From the IMG/VR virus record IMGVR_UViG_3300044984_002785: a stretch of 64,000 nucleotides of DNA, one strand, 5' to 3'. Made by a program: the position numbers and the translations under genes. Position 1 is the first letter of the stretch. Each line of letters starts with the position of its first letter. Origin of the DNA: a virus (taxonomy: Duplodnaviria > Heunggongvirae > Uroviricota > Caudoviricetes > Demerecviridae). Below the pieces are notes generated by a model. That model made no database searches and was not told where the DNA came from. It worked only from the letters and a program-made list of their open reading frames with translations. Shown here in pieces: positions 33,955-43,880 of this stretch.

Positions 33955-33971
33955 GCAGTAAAAATTTACAC

Positions 33972-34000
33972 TTGTCAAAGAGCACTCAATCAGTTATAAT
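33972..34000 (+). promoter_or_regulatory. sigma70-type promoter TTGTCA-N17-TATAAT inside the split ligase
   Basis: Lies in the 71-nt gap between the two ligase ORFs. Confidence 0.45.
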
Positions 34001-34025
34001 ATAGTCTACAAAGTGATAAAACAAC

Positions 34026-34793
34026 ATGAAGATCGAAATCCCAACAACCTGCCCCTGCTGTGCATACAAATTAGAATTGGTCAATGATCAACTATTTTGT
34101 CGCAATACAGCTTGCGGTGCTCAGCTTACAAAAAAAGTTGAACACTTCTGCAAGACTCTAGGCATCAAAGGTATGGGGCCTCGCTCAGTTGAAAAACTTG
34201 ACTTACAAGATCTAACCGAGTTATTTTATCTTGACTTAGATACTGTTACCGAAGCATTGGGTAGTGAAAAAACTGCCACAAAACTGCTTGATGAAATCGA
34301 ACGAGCTAAGACAGTAGATTTAGCTACAGTTTTGGCTAGTTTCAGTATAACACTTGTAGGCGCTACAGCATCACAAAAGATTTGTAGCGTAGTAGATCAT
34401 ATTGATGAAATCTCTTATGATACTTGTAAACAAGCAGGTCTAGGCGATAAAGTTACAGAAAACTTAGTTGGCTGGTTACAGACAGATTTCCCTGATTTAA
34501 AAGAGTTTTTGCCGTTCTCTTTTAAGTCCAATAGAAATTCCATAACAAATAGTAACAATAATTCAAAGACTATTTGTATCACTGGAAAGCTATCTTCATT
34601 CAAAACTAAATCAGAAGCCTACAAAGCTCTAGAAGAGGCAGGTTTCAAAGTTACGGAAACAGTAACTAAAGCCACTGATATATTAGTTGATGAAGAAGAT
34701 AGAGCTAGTACAAAACGCAAAAAAGCCGAATCCCTCGGAATACCTATAATCACAAACTTAAAAACTTTCTTGAAAGAAACAAAAAATGACTGA
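34026..34793 (+). CDS. ligA: NAD-dependent DNA ligase, C-terminal part (Zn-finger, HhH, BRCT)
   Basis: CPCCAYKLELVNDQLFCRNTACGAQ Zn-finger, TLGIKGMGPRSVEKL HhH, C-terminal BRCT-like ICITGKLSS...ATDILV. Confidence 0.55.
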   Translation: MKIEIPTTCPCCAYKLELVNDQLFCRNTACGAQLTKKVEHFCKTLGIKGMGPRSVEKLDLQDLTELFYLDLDTVTEALGSEKTATKLLDEIERAKTVDLATVLASFSITLVGATASQKICSVVDHIDEISYDTCKQAGLGDKVTENLVGWLQTDFPDLKEFLPFSFKSNRNSITNSNNNSKTICITGKLSSFKTKSEAYKALEEAGFKVTETVTKATDILVDEEDRASTKRKKAESLGIPIITNLKTFLKETKND

Positions 34794-35535
34794 AAAAGCC
34801 ACTAAAAAATGGTCCGACGAAGCAGTTGACCAACTGATGAATATTGTTGGTAACAAAAGCCCCATTAGCGTAGAAGCCGTTGAACGTGCTGCTGAAATGT
34901 TGGGTTTCACTACTCGCTCTGTTGCTAGCAAACTTCGTCAACTAGACCGTGAAGTTGCTTCACTTGCACAAGCTAAAGTTAGCGCATTTACTCCAGAAGA
35001 AGGCGCAGACCTTACAGAGTTCGTTAATGCAAATGCAGGAAATCTAACCTACAAACAAATCGCAGAAAATTTTGCAGACGCTAAATTCACTGCTAAACAA
35101 ATTCAAGGTAAGTTGCTTGCTCTTGAATTAACTGGTTCAGTAAAGCCTGCTGAAAAAGTTGAAATTGCACGCACTTACAGTGATTCAGAAGAAGCCAAAT
35201 TTATTAAAATGGCTGAGTCTGGTAGTTTCATTGAAGATATTGCCAATGCTTTGAACAAAACTGTGGCTAGTGTACGTGGTAAGGCATTGAGCCTAACACG
35301 TAAGGGTCAAATTAGCAAGATTCCAGCACAGCGTGAAAGCCATGCTAAAGAATCTGTTGATCCAGTTACTGCTCTTGGTGCAGCTATTGCAACTATGACT
35401 GTTGCTGAAATTGCTGCTTCTGTTGATAAAACAGAGCGTGGTCTACGTACTTTGCTTACACGTCGTGGTATCAAAGTTGCTGACTATGACGGTGCAGCTA
35501 AAAAAGCTAAAGCAGAAGCTAAAGCCGCTGCTTAA
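34786..35535 (+). CDS. hypothetical protein with internal repeats
   Basis: 249 aa with repeated RSVASKLRQL / ASVRGKALSL / RGLRTLLTRRG segments. Confidence 0.45.
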   Translation: MTEKATKKWSDEAVDQLMNIVGNKSPISVEAVERAAEMLGFTTRSVASKLRQLDREVASLAQAKVSAFTPEEGADLTEFVNANAGNLTYKQIAENFADAKFTAKQIQGKLLALELTGSVKPAEKVEIARTYSDSEEAKFIKMAESGSFIEDIANALNKTVASVRGKALSLTRKGQISKIPAQRESHAKESVDPVTALGAAIATMTVAEIAASVDKTERGLRTLLTRRGIKVADYDGAAKKAKAEAKAAA

Positions 35536-35555
35536 TTAGCAATTATTGCCAATCA

Positions 35556-35590
35556 GCCTGGGAGTTTCATAAAGCTCCCAGGCTTTTTCT
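35556..35590 (+). terminator. rho-independent terminator
   Basis: AGCCTGGGAG-loop-CTCCCAGGCT (10 bp) + TTTTTCT. Confidence 0.7.
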
Positions 35591-35608
35591 GTTTAAGGAG
35601 TCTAAAGT

Positions 35609-35908
35609 ATGAAAGTAACAATTACATACCACGACAATGAGTCGTTTACGATGGAAGAAGTCGTTAAACAGGCTACACACAATTATGGAAAAGCTGCACA
35701 AGTAGATATTACACCAGAATCTACTATGGCATATGACCACATCTATTTTGGATTACAGCAGTTGATAACTCATGAACAACTGAGTTTGCTGTATGACAGT
35801 GGTGCAAGCTATCAACAAGACATTAAAAAACTACGCAACGAAGTAATGTATAAAATTACTGAAATCGTTGACCAAGTTATTATTGATAATGAATCGAAAG
35901 TAGGGTAA
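35609..35908 (+). CDS. hypothetical protein
   Basis: 99-aa ORF with AAGGAG RBS. Confidence 0.45.
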   Translation: MKVTITYHDNESFTMEEVVKQATHNYGKAAQVDITPESTMAYDHIYFGLQQLITHEQLSLLYDSGASYQQDIKKLRNEVMYKITEIVDQVIIDNESKVG

Positions 35909-35910
35909 TC

Positions 35911-37302
35911 TTGGATACTAGTGCAGTAGTCTTAAACAAATTATTAACTGAGCGTAACCTAGATATCTGGGCAAAGCTAAAGTTAGTATTTTTAGACCCT
36001 GCGTACTCTTCCTTGTATAGCGTCGTTAATAAGTACTACGAGAAGTACAATGCTATACCGTCATTTGACGATCTTGAGCTAACCTTAAGGGAGGGTCCGG
36101 CGTCTAAAACACTGGCAACTCTCCGGTTAACCGAGGTGCCTGACGTTTCCGCAGAAGTAGCATTGGATGCTTTAATAGACCAATATACTCAGAACGAAAC
36201 GGTAAAATTATTAGATAAGTTCGTAGATAAATTACCACTCTACGACACAAATGAAATAAAAGAAAATTTAGCCACAATTGCGCTAACTATTGAAGAAAAA
36301 ACACATACATCAGAAAAAGTGTTTACTATGGCTGACATGATGATGTTCAGCCGTCCGGAAGATTTGGAAAAAGAACGTGTTTACCTTGGTCTTAACAATA
36401 GTTTTGACAGTGTTCTTGGTGGGGTTGCTCGCCAGGAACTCATACTCATTGGGGGTAAGCGGGGATCTGGTAAATCTATTGCTAGTAGCAATCTTTTTAT
36501 TAATCAATATGAATCTGGTAATTCTAGTATTTACTTTAGTATTGAAATGACAGCTAAGGAAACGATGGAGCGTAACCTTAGTATTTTAGCAAATGTTAAT
36601 CTCCAGAACTTAAAACAACATAAACTAACAGATGAAGAACTGCTACGAGTGGTTAAAGCCCGTGCAGAAATGTTTTTAGATAGTCAAGACTTAGTATCAG
36701 AATTTCTAAGACACCGTGACCAGTTTAAATTTGAAGAAATGCTAGTGCGTAGTTGTAGTCTCAAGCCAGATAATCAAATGATTATTGTTGACGACCGCGA
36801 CCTGACCCTAAGTTCAATCGACTTGCATATTGGCAAAGCCAAAGCTAAGTTTGGTGATAAACTAAAACTAGTAGTAGTTGATTATTTGAATCAGATTGTC
36901 TTAGAAGGAAATGATCAGTATGATTGGAAGCCACAGATTGAAGTGTCCAAAAAGCTTAAGAACCTTGCCCGTAAGTATGAAATCGTTATGGTTTCTCCGT
37001 ATCAAATTGATAAAGACGGTGAAGCCCGCTTTGCGAAAGGTATTCTTGATGCAGCCGACATTGCTCTTACTATGGAAGCCCATGACAAAGAGACAAATGC
37101 AATTAGCTTTGAGACCACGAAGATACGTGGCGGTAGAGAAATGGCATTCACTTGTCCGATTGACTGGGATACCTTACGCATCAGTCCACAATCGGTTGAT
37201 AAGCCAGCAGCTAAAGAACCAATTAAAAAGGCTGGCAAAGCGCAAGAAAAACTAGATAAAGCTAAAGAACAAGAACCCGCAACAGACTTACCTTGGAATT
37301 AA
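35911..37302 (+). CDS. DnaB-like replicative DNA helicase
   Basis: Walker A GGKRGSGKS, FSIEMT (H1a), Walker B VVVDYLNQI; 463 aa. Confidence 0.6.
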   Translation: MDTSAVVLNKLLTERNLDIWAKLKLVFLDPAYSSLYSVVNKYYEKYNAIPSFDDLELTLREGPASKTLATLRLTEVPDVSAEVALDALIDQYTQNETVKLLDKFVDKLPLYDTNEIKENLATIALTIEEKTHTSEKVFTMADMMMFSRPEDLEKERVYLGLNNSFDSVLGGVARQELILIGGKRGSGKSIASSNLFINQYESGNSSIYFSIEMTAKETMERNLSILANVNLQNLKQHKLTDEELLRVVKARAEMFLDSQDLVSEFLRHRDQFKFEEMLVRSCSLKPDNQMIIVDDRDLTLSSIDLHIGKAKAKFGDKLKLVVVDYLNQIVLEGNDQYDWKPQIEVSKKLKNLARKYEIVMVSPYQIDKDGEARFAKGILDAADIALTMEAHDKETNAISFETTKIRGGREMAFTCPIDWDTLRISPQSVDKPAAKEPIKKAGKAQEKLDKAKEQEPATDLPWN

Positions 37303-37303
37303 A

Positions 37304-38158
37304 ATGAGTGACCCAGTACTAGAACTAATACAAAAGAATGACTTACAATTCTCGGTATCGGGGCGCGATTATTTAATCAAATGTTTAAGCCCAGAACATG
37401 AGGATTCAAACCCTAGCTTTAGGGTGGATAAAGTTACAGGTGTTGCACACTGCTTTAGTTGCGGCTTTAAAACAAACTTATTTAAATATTATGGAGTATT
37501 TACTAACCCAGTACCTATGAAGATTTTAGCTTTAAAAGAAAAGCTAAATGAATTAAAGAATTTTGGATTAGATTTAGAACTTCCTCATGGGTACACCCCT
37601 TGGACAAAACAGTTCCGGGGTGTGTCACCAGCAACCCTTAAGCATTTTGGTGCTTTTTATACTAATCAATTAGAAAAGCTACAAGACCGAATTATTTTTC
37701 CAGTAAAAGATATTACTGGACGAACAGTAGTTTATGTAGGCAGACATACTTTAAGTAACGGAAATCCAAGGTATATTAATTACCCTAGTGGTGTACAAAT
37801 GCCAATATTTCCTAGTCATCTTTCAGCTGGGTATACTTCCGCAGTTTTAGTAGAAGGTATATTTGATATGCTAAATCTTTATGACAAAGGTTTAGAAAAC
37901 GTAGTGTGCTGTTTTGGTACTAATACTTTACAAAATAATACTGCTTCTAAACTATTGCCGCTTAAAGCTCAAGGTGTAACCCACATATATATAATGTTTG
38001 ATGGGGATGAGGCAGGTCAAAAAGCTGCTAAAATAATGAAGCCTTTGATTGAAGATTGTGGTTTTATAGTAGAGATTGTTAGCTTGCCCGACGGTATGGA
38101 TCCAGGCGAATTATCTAGTGAAGATGTAGAATCCACAATTGAGTATATAAATAAATGA
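37304..38158 (+). CDS. DnaG-like DNA primase (zinc ribbon + TOPRIM)
   Basis: CFSCGFK zinc ribbon; TOPRIM VEGIFD and YIMFDGDEAGQKAA. Confidence 0.55.
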   Translation: MSDPVLELIQKNDLQFSVSGRDYLIKCLSPEHEDSNPSFRVDKVTGVAHCFSCGFKTNLFKYYGVFTNPVPMKILALKEKLNELKNFGLDLELPHGYTPWTKQFRGVSPATLKHFGAFYTNQLEKLQDRIIFPVKDITGRTVVYVGRHTLSNGNPRYINYPSGVQMPIFPSHLSAGYTSAVLVEGIFDMLNLYDKGLENVVCCFGTNTLQNNTASKLLPLKAQGVTHIYIMFDGDEAGQKAAKIMKPLIEDCGFIVEIVSLPDGMDPGELSSEDVESTIEYINK

Positions 38159-38358
38159 ACTTGACAGACAAGCAAAAACTTGATATAATACTTGAAGCGT
38201 TGCACATTATAGGAAGCTATGAAGTGTGTGATTGTGGATGCCCCTATAACCGAAAAGCCAGGATTGCAGGTAAACCTGCTCATACTTGGTACATTGCCAA
38301 TGAAGCATTAAAAGCTATTGGCGAGGAAATAAAAATATATGAAAATTGCCGTGATTGA
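38155..38358 (+). CDS. hypothetical Cys-containing small protein
   Basis: 67-aa ORF (CDCGCPYN). Confidence 0.35.
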   Translation: MNLTDKQKLDIILEALHIIGSYEVCDCGCPYNRKARIAGKPAHTWYIANEALKAIGEEIKIYENCRD

Positions 38359-40618
38359 TAAAGCACCTAATCGTACTCGTTATTCAGATTATTTTGAATT
38401 TGAGTATGATCATTATCATATGAGTTCTATTCCTATCACCAAACTTTTGAAAAAGGATGTTGATCTTGAAGTAGATCTTGAACCGTATGATTATATTATT
38501 CTTGTAGGTGCTGAAGCCGCCAAAGAATATGCTAAGATTACTAGTGTTACCAATATGGCTGGTCAGCTTGTAGCAGATAAGTTTATTGCTATTAGTAATC
38601 CAGCAATGTTGAGTTTTAAACCAGAAGGTAAACCAGACTTTCAGCGTGCTTGTGATAAGATTCACAAGTATATCAATGGTCAGTTAAAGCCAACTATAGT
38701 AGGTGATTTTGCTGGAATTAATGATACTGCTGAAGCAAAACGCTTTTTACGCGAAATCTTAGACAATGCTCAAGGCTACGTGGCTTGGGATACTGAAACA
38801 ACTTGTTTGTATCCACGAGATGGGTATGTATTAGGCGTATCCCTGAGTTATAAGTCTAAGCATGGTAGGTATATCCTAACCGATTGCTTAGACGATGTAT
38901 GTTTAAGCTTAATGCAAAAAATTGCTAAAGAGTTTTATAGTGTATTTCATAACATGAAATTTGACTTTAAGATGATTAAATACCATCTTGATATTGATTT
39001 CCCTCGTGATCGAGTACACGATACTATGGTTATGCATTATGTACTAGACGAAACTGACAGTCACGGACTTAAACCACTAGCATTAAAATACACCGATTAT
39101 GGTGATTATGATTCAGAGCTAGACGATTTTAAAAAGGCATACTGTGCAGCTAATGGTATGTTACAAGATGATTTTACTTATGACCTCATTCCGTTCAATA
39201 CTATTAGTACTTACGCTTCGATTGATACAGCCGTTACCTTTGACTTATTCCATAAGTTCTGGCCACTTGTTCAAGCAAATGCCAAATTACGCAAGGTATA
39301 TGAGGAAATCCTAATTCCAGGTACATTGTTCCTAATGGATATGGAGGAAGTCGGTATCCCTATTAGTCGTGAGCGAATGGCCGCAGCCAATAAATACTTG
39401 GATGAGCAAATTGCAGAAGCTAAAGAAGCTGTATATGGATTTGAAGCTGTTAAACAGTTTGAAAAAGATACCGGTAAAATCTTTAACCCTAACTCGGTAA
39501 CTCAGTTACGAGTAGTGCTGTTTGATTACTTGGGTTTAAATCCTACAGGAAAAAAGACAGCAACAGGTGCAATTTCTACTGATGCAGAAGTACTTGAGCA
39601 ACTTTCAGAAGAACACCCATTACCTGCCGCTATTTTAAAAGTGCGTCAGCTAACTAAGATTCAAAATACTTATATTGCTAAAATATTACCAGAATTAGAC
39701 AAAGATGGAAGAATTCGCACAAACTTTAACCTTATTTTTACCACATCTGGGAGGCTATCTAGCTCAGGCAAGTTTAATGCTCAACAGATTCCACGAGATA
39801 ATCCGATTATCAAAGGATGCTTGGTTGCTCCAGCTGGATACAAAATAGTTTCTCAGGATTTGACAACAGCAGAAATGTATTATGCAGCTGTGTTATCAGG
39901 AGATAAGAATCTCCAAGAAGTATTTAGTTCGGGTGGTGACTTTCACTCAACTATTGCTAAAATGGTATTTAACTTACCAGGACCTGTTGAAGAAGTTAAA
40001 AAGAAGTTTGGTTCTATGAGGCAATCTGCCAAAGCTATTAGTTTTGGTATTTTATACGGTTCGGGTGCTAAAAAAGTATCTGAAACTGTTACAAAAGCTA
40101 CTGGCGAACCTTATGATATTGAGCAGGCTCGCGAAGATATTAAGGCTTACTTTACAAAGTTCAATAAGTTGAAAAAGTGGTTAGATGAACGTAAAACGTT
40201 TATTCAAGCAAATGGATATACATATTCATTTTTTGGTCGTAAACGTCGATTGCCCAACGTGTTTAGTTCTGATAAAGGGATCGCAGCTCACGAAGTTCGT
40301 AGTGGAATCAACGCTGAAGTACAGAGTCTTGCCAGCGATGTTAACTTGCTGGGCGCTATGCGAACAGCAACAGAAATTAAAGAAAAAGAAGTAGATGCAA
40401 AAATCTTCATGCTTGTTCATGACTCGATTGTGGCGCTTGTAAAAGACGAAGATGTGGTGAAATACTGCGAGATCCTCAAGCGTAATACTCAACATAGTTG
40501 GGGCTGTGAAATCCCTAACGCACCTATTGGTGTAGATCAAGATATTGGAGAAGATTATAGCTTTGGACACTTCGACGAAGTTTACGGCGTTACAGGCGAT
40601 AACATGGCCCGTCTTTAA
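38339..40618 (+). CDS. family A DNA polymerase with 3'-5' exonuclease domain
   Basis: Exo I VAWDTETT; motif B RQSAKAISFGILYGSG; motif C LVHDS; 759 aa. Confidence 0.7.
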   Translation: MKIAVIDKAPNRTRYSDYFEFEYDHYHMSSIPITKLLKKDVDLEVDLEPYDYIILVGAEAAKEYAKITSVTNMAGQLVADKFIAISNPAMLSFKPEGKPDFQRACDKIHKYINGQLKPTIVGDFAGINDTAEAKRFLREILDNAQGYVAWDTETTCLYPRDGYVLGVSLSYKSKHGRYILTDCLDDVCLSLMQKIAKEFYSVFHNMKFDFKMIKYHLDIDFPRDRVHDTMVMHYVLDETDSHGLKPLALKYTDYGDYDSELDDFKKAYCAANGMLQDDFTYDLIPFNTISTYASIDTAVTFDLFHKFWPLVQANAKLRKVYEEILIPGTLFLMDMEEVGIPISRERMAAANKYLDEQIAEAKEAVYGFEAVKQFEKDTGKIFNPNSVTQLRVVLFDYLGLNPTGKKTATGAISTDAEVLEQLSEEHPLPAAILKVRQLTKIQNTYIAKILPELDKDGRIRTNFNLIFTTSGRLSSSGKFNAQQIPRDNPIIKGCLVAPAGYKIVSQDLTTAEMYYAAVLSGDKNLQEVFSSGGDFHSTIAKMVFNLPGPVEEVKKKFGSMRQSAKAISFGILYGSGAKKVSETVTKATGEPYDIEQAREDIKAYFTKFNKLKKWLDERKTFIQANGYTYSFFGRKRRLPNVFSSDKGIAAHEVRSGINAEVQSLASDVNLLGAMRTATEIKEKEVDAKIFMLVHDSIVALVKDEDVVKYCEILKRNTQHSWGCEIPNAPIGVDQDIGEDYSFGHFDEVYGVTGDNMARL

Positions 40619-41117
40619 ATTAAGTGAAAAACCACCAAACCAGCACAATGGTTTGGTGTGGTTTCATACAGAATACATAGACGAAAGTAATGATACTAGC
40701 CTTACTATTAAGATAGTAGACGATAAAAACTTATTACAAAAAACATTGGGACTACGTAGACTTGTTCTACAAAAAGACCCTAAAGTAAAATTACATAAAA
40801 TATCAGTTGCAATATATTTTTTTGCTGATTTAATAAAACTTGCAAAAACCACTACGTGGTTTATTGATAACGCAGGCAAAGTATTTCAGTGGAAAAAATA
40901 TACACGCGCCAAACTAACAACAAAGAAGATCAAAAATGTTTTTCCTGCTGATGCTTATGGTTGTGTGCTAGAATTAGTGGGAGTATCGCATAGATTTAAA
41001 GCTATGACCCGACCCAGGGATGAACAAGTTTATGCCAGAGTATTACAAATAGGCATAGCATATATTTTTTATGGTTATTGTGAAACTCACAAACCAGATA
41101 GTTGGAGAATGGTATGA
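40545..41117 (+). CDS. hypothetical protein (start uncertain; overlaps polymerase 3' end)
   Basis: 190-aa ORF in a different frame to the polymerase C-terminus. Confidence 0.3.
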   Translation: MEKIIALDTSTKFTALQAITWPVFKLSEKPPNQHNGLVWFHTEYIDESNDTSLTIKIVDDKNLLQKTLGLRRLVLQKDPKVKLHKISVAIYFFADLIKLAKTTTWFIDNAGKVFQWKKYTRAKLTTKKIKNVFPADAYGCVLELVGVSHRFKAMTRPRDEQVYARVLQIGIAYIFYGYCETHKPDSWRMV

Positions 41118-41165
41118 ATGAAGAAATTGCCAATACGTTTGAATTGAAAGTTGTGGAGATTTGAT

Positions 41166-41327
41166 ATGAGTGCCCAACCATATGTCAGAGATGTTACATT
41201 TAAGTGCGAAAATTTAACATTGTTTGAAGGTTTATTTCTGAAATCTGTTGTAGAAGCCTTTCAAAAAGGTAAAGAAGTGAAAATTGAAACTGATGAAGAA
41301 TTTGAAAAGAGAATAAAACATGAATGA
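41166..41327 (+). CDS. small hypothetical protein (53 aa)
   Basis: Manual translation MSAQPYVRDVTFKCENLTLFEGLF...; below ORF-track cut-off. Confidence 0.25.
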   Translation: MSAQPYVRDVTFKCENLTLFEGLFLKSVVEAFQKGKEVKIETDEEFEKRIKHE

Positions 41328-41446
41328 AGGAGATCGAGCAGGTGTCTGGGCTATTGTATATTTATTACTAATGGGTGCAGCAGTGTACTTTACAATGTTT
41401 ATGCTTATTTTAAATTTTGTTAGACAACTGTTTTGGAATAACTGAT
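41321..41446 (+). CDS. small membrane protein (41 aa)
   Basis: MNEGDRAGVWAIVYLLLMGAAVYFTMFMLILNF...; ATGA overlap with the downstream helicase gene. Confidence 0.25.
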
Positions 41447-42740
41447 GCCAAAAGCAGTAATATCAAACCGAATATACTTGGATAATCCGGGCGTAGAGCA
41501 TACTAAAGTTATAATAAAAGAATTAACTTATAAGATTAAAAAAGATACTGGAAATAAGAAGTTTGCTACTATTGAAACTATCAAGAACTACAAAGTATTA
41601 CCAAAAGGTATTTTATCAATCCCGCAAGGGCGTTTAGATTTAGTCCCAGAAAACTATGAAATAATTGATAAACGCATAATAGAAGCAATACCTTTTCCAG
41701 ACCCTAAGTTTCCACTAAGACCAGAACAGCAAGTAGTATATGACCCCATTGAAGATACTTGTTTTATCAACGCCCTTGTTGGGTGGGGCAAGACATTCAC
41801 CGCTTTACACTTGGCTCACAAATTTGGACAAAAAACGCTGGTCATCACACATACAGCTGCACTTCGAGACCAGTGGTGCGAAGAAATCGAACTCTTATTT
41901 GGGTGCAAACCCGGAGTTATTGGTGGTGGACGAATGGACTACGAAGACCAATTTATCACAGTTGCCAATATTCAAACCCTTGTTAAGTGTGCAGGAGGTT
42001 TGTCTAAAGAGTTTGGGACTATTATCTTGGACGAAGCCCACCACTGTCCTGCCACTACATTTGCACAAACAGTGGACATTTTCCATGCCCGCTACCGCAT
42101 TGCACTTAGCGGGACGATGGTTAGGAAAGACGGCAAACATATCGTATTCAGGGACTATTTCGGGTCGCACGTAGTTAAGCCACCACAGTCAAATACTATG
42201 ACACCTATGGTGCACATAGTTAAGTCAGGGATTACATTAAAGCCAAATGCTACTTGGGTTGAGAAAATAAACGATCTTTTAGAGTCTGAAAAATATAGGT
42301 TATTTATTTCCGATATTGCTAAAATGCATATCGAACAAGGTCACTCGGTTTTAGTTATAGCAGACCGAGTTGAATTTCTACATAAAGTTAAGGAATACAT
42401 TGGTGAAGATTGCGCGGTTGTTACAGGCAACACAGAGTTTGAAGAACGTCAACTCATTAAACAACAAGTACTCTCAGGAGAAAAAAGAGCCATTGCAGGT
42501 TCTAGGCAAATCTTCTCAGAAGGCATTTCTATTAACTCGCTCTCCTGTGTTATCTTAGCAGTGCCTATGTCTAACGATAGTTTACTAGAACAGATTGTTG
42601 GACGTATTCAACGAATATTCGAAGGGAAATTAAATCCTTTAGTTGTAGATATTAATTTTGCTGGATACGCCGATAAAAAACAAAATAACGATAGGCTTGG
42701 CCTTTATATCCGTAAAGGCTGGCAAATAACTACCGTATAA
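41445..42740 (+). CDS. superfamily 2 DEAH-box DNA helicase
   Basis: Motif I ALVGWGKT, motif II ILDEAHH. Confidence 0.6.
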   Translation: MPKAVISNRIYLDNPGVEHTKVIIKELTYKIKKDTGNKKFATIETIKNYKVLPKGILSIPQGRLDLVPENYEIIDKRIIEAIPFPDPKFPLRPEQQVVYDPIEDTCFINALVGWGKTFTALHLAHKFGQKTLVITHTAALRDQWCEEIELLFGCKPGVIGGGRMDYEDQFITVANIQTLVKCAGGLSKEFGTIILDEAHHCPATTFAQTVDIFHARYRIALSGTMVRKDGKHIVFRDYFGSHVVKPPQSNTMTPMVHIVKSGITLKPNATWVEKINDLLESEKYRLFISDIAKMHIEQGHSVLVIADRVEFLHKVKEYIGEDCAVVTGNTEFEERQLIKQQVLSGEKRAIAGSRQIFSEGISINSLSCVILAVPMSNDSLLEQIVGRIQRIFEGKLNPLVVDINFAGYADKKQNNDRLGLYIRKGWQITTV

Positions 42741-42750
42741 AAATTTTAAC

Positions 42751-42779
42751 TTGCCCTAGGCTTGTTAAACTGATATAAT
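42751..42779 (+). promoter_or_regulatory. sigma70-type promoter TTGCCC-N17-TATAAT
   Basis: Upstream of gene 42799. Confidence 0.4.
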
Positions 42780-42798
42780 ATAGATTAAGTTCACGAAT

Positions 42799-43182
42799 AT
42801 GATATTTTTCTTTAATCTTTCAATACTAGAAGCGGAAACAGAATGTAATCCCAAACTAATGATTGAAAAACTCAGGCTGTTTTATAGTAAAAAACATATG
42901 CCTAAAAATGGTTACTCAAAAATAAAACCCATTCGTAATTTAACAGGAAATAGTTATATAATCAACCCTGCAAGTTTTTTTGCAGATGATATAACTGATA
43001 TAATTTATAGATCACAATATATACAATTAGCTGGCAGAAGAGATTACAGTTTATACAAACTTTTCAATGAAAAGCACCTAGATTTATCTTATTTCAAGGA
43101 TATTGACTCAGACAAACTAAAAACTAATCCACTAATCACTATAACACAAAACAAAATACACTTCAAGTACGAGGAAATTTAA
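42799..43182 (+). CDS. hypothetical protein
   Basis: 127-aa ORF. Confidence 0.4.
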   Translation: MIFFFNLSILEAETECNPKLMIEKLRLFYSKKHMPKNGYSKIKPIRNLTGNSYIINPASFFADDITDIIYRSQYIQLAGRRDYSLYKLFNEKHLDLSYFKDIDSDKLKTNPLITITQNKIHFKYEEI

Positions 43183-43184
43183 AA

Positions 43185-43829
43185 ATGGCAATTAGCTTCA
43201 AAAATACAAAAGGCAAAGCACAATCAAACAAAGTCGAATCTTATGAATATAAGGACGGCGAAAATACAGTACGTTTAGTTGGCGGAGTTTTACCGCGCTA
43301 TATTTACTGGCTCAAAGGGTCTAATAACAAAGATATTCCTGTGGAATGTTTGGCATTTAGTCGTGATAAAGAGAAGTTTGATAATCTACAAAGAGACCAT
43401 GTTCCGGATTTCTTCCCCGAACTAAAGTGCAGCTGGTCATATACAGTTAACTGTATCGACCCAAAAGACGGCAAAGTTAAAGCTCTAAACTTAAAGAAAA
43501 AATTATTTGAGCAAATCTTAACTGCCGCAGAAGATCTTGGTGATCCAACAGATGCAGATACTGGCTGGGATGTTGTTTTCAAGCGAGTTAAAACAGGCCC
43601 ACTAGCTTATAACGTCGAATATCAACTGCAAGTATTGCGTTGTAAAACTCGCGTTTTATCAGAAGCAGAACGTGATTTAATTACTGCTGCTAAATCTATT
43701 GATGAAAAGTATGTTCGTCCTTCAGAAGAAGAAGTTCTAGCATTGCTAACAAAAATTACTACAAATAGTGATGAAAGCGATGAGTCTAGTTCTGAAGCGG
43801 AACGCGAAGCCGTTAAAGACTTAGGTTAA
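43185..43829 (+). CDS. single-stranded DNA-binding protein-like (tentative)
   Basis: Acidic C-terminal tail DESDESSSEAEREAVKDLG typical of phage SSBs; Cys/His cluster mid-protein. Confidence 0.3.
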   Translation: MAISFKNTKGKAQSNKVESYEYKDGENTVRLVGGVLPRYIYWLKGSNNKDIPVECLAFSRDKEKFDNLQRDHVPDFFPELKCSWSYTVNCIDPKDGKVKALNLKKKLFEQILTAAEDLGDPTDADTGWDVVFKRVKTGPLAYNVEYQLQVLRCKTRVLSEAERDLITAAKSIDEKYVRPSEEEVLALLTKITTNSDESDESSSEAEREAVKDLG

Positions 43830-43835
43830 AACTTT

Positions 43836-43872
43836 AGCCCGCAAAATTAAACACTTTGCGGGCTATTTTGTC
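43836..43872 (+). terminator. rho-independent terminator
   Basis: TAGCCCGCAAA-loop-TTTGCGGGCTA (11 bp) + TTTTG. Confidence 0.7.
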
Positions 43873-43880
43873 TATAAAAT

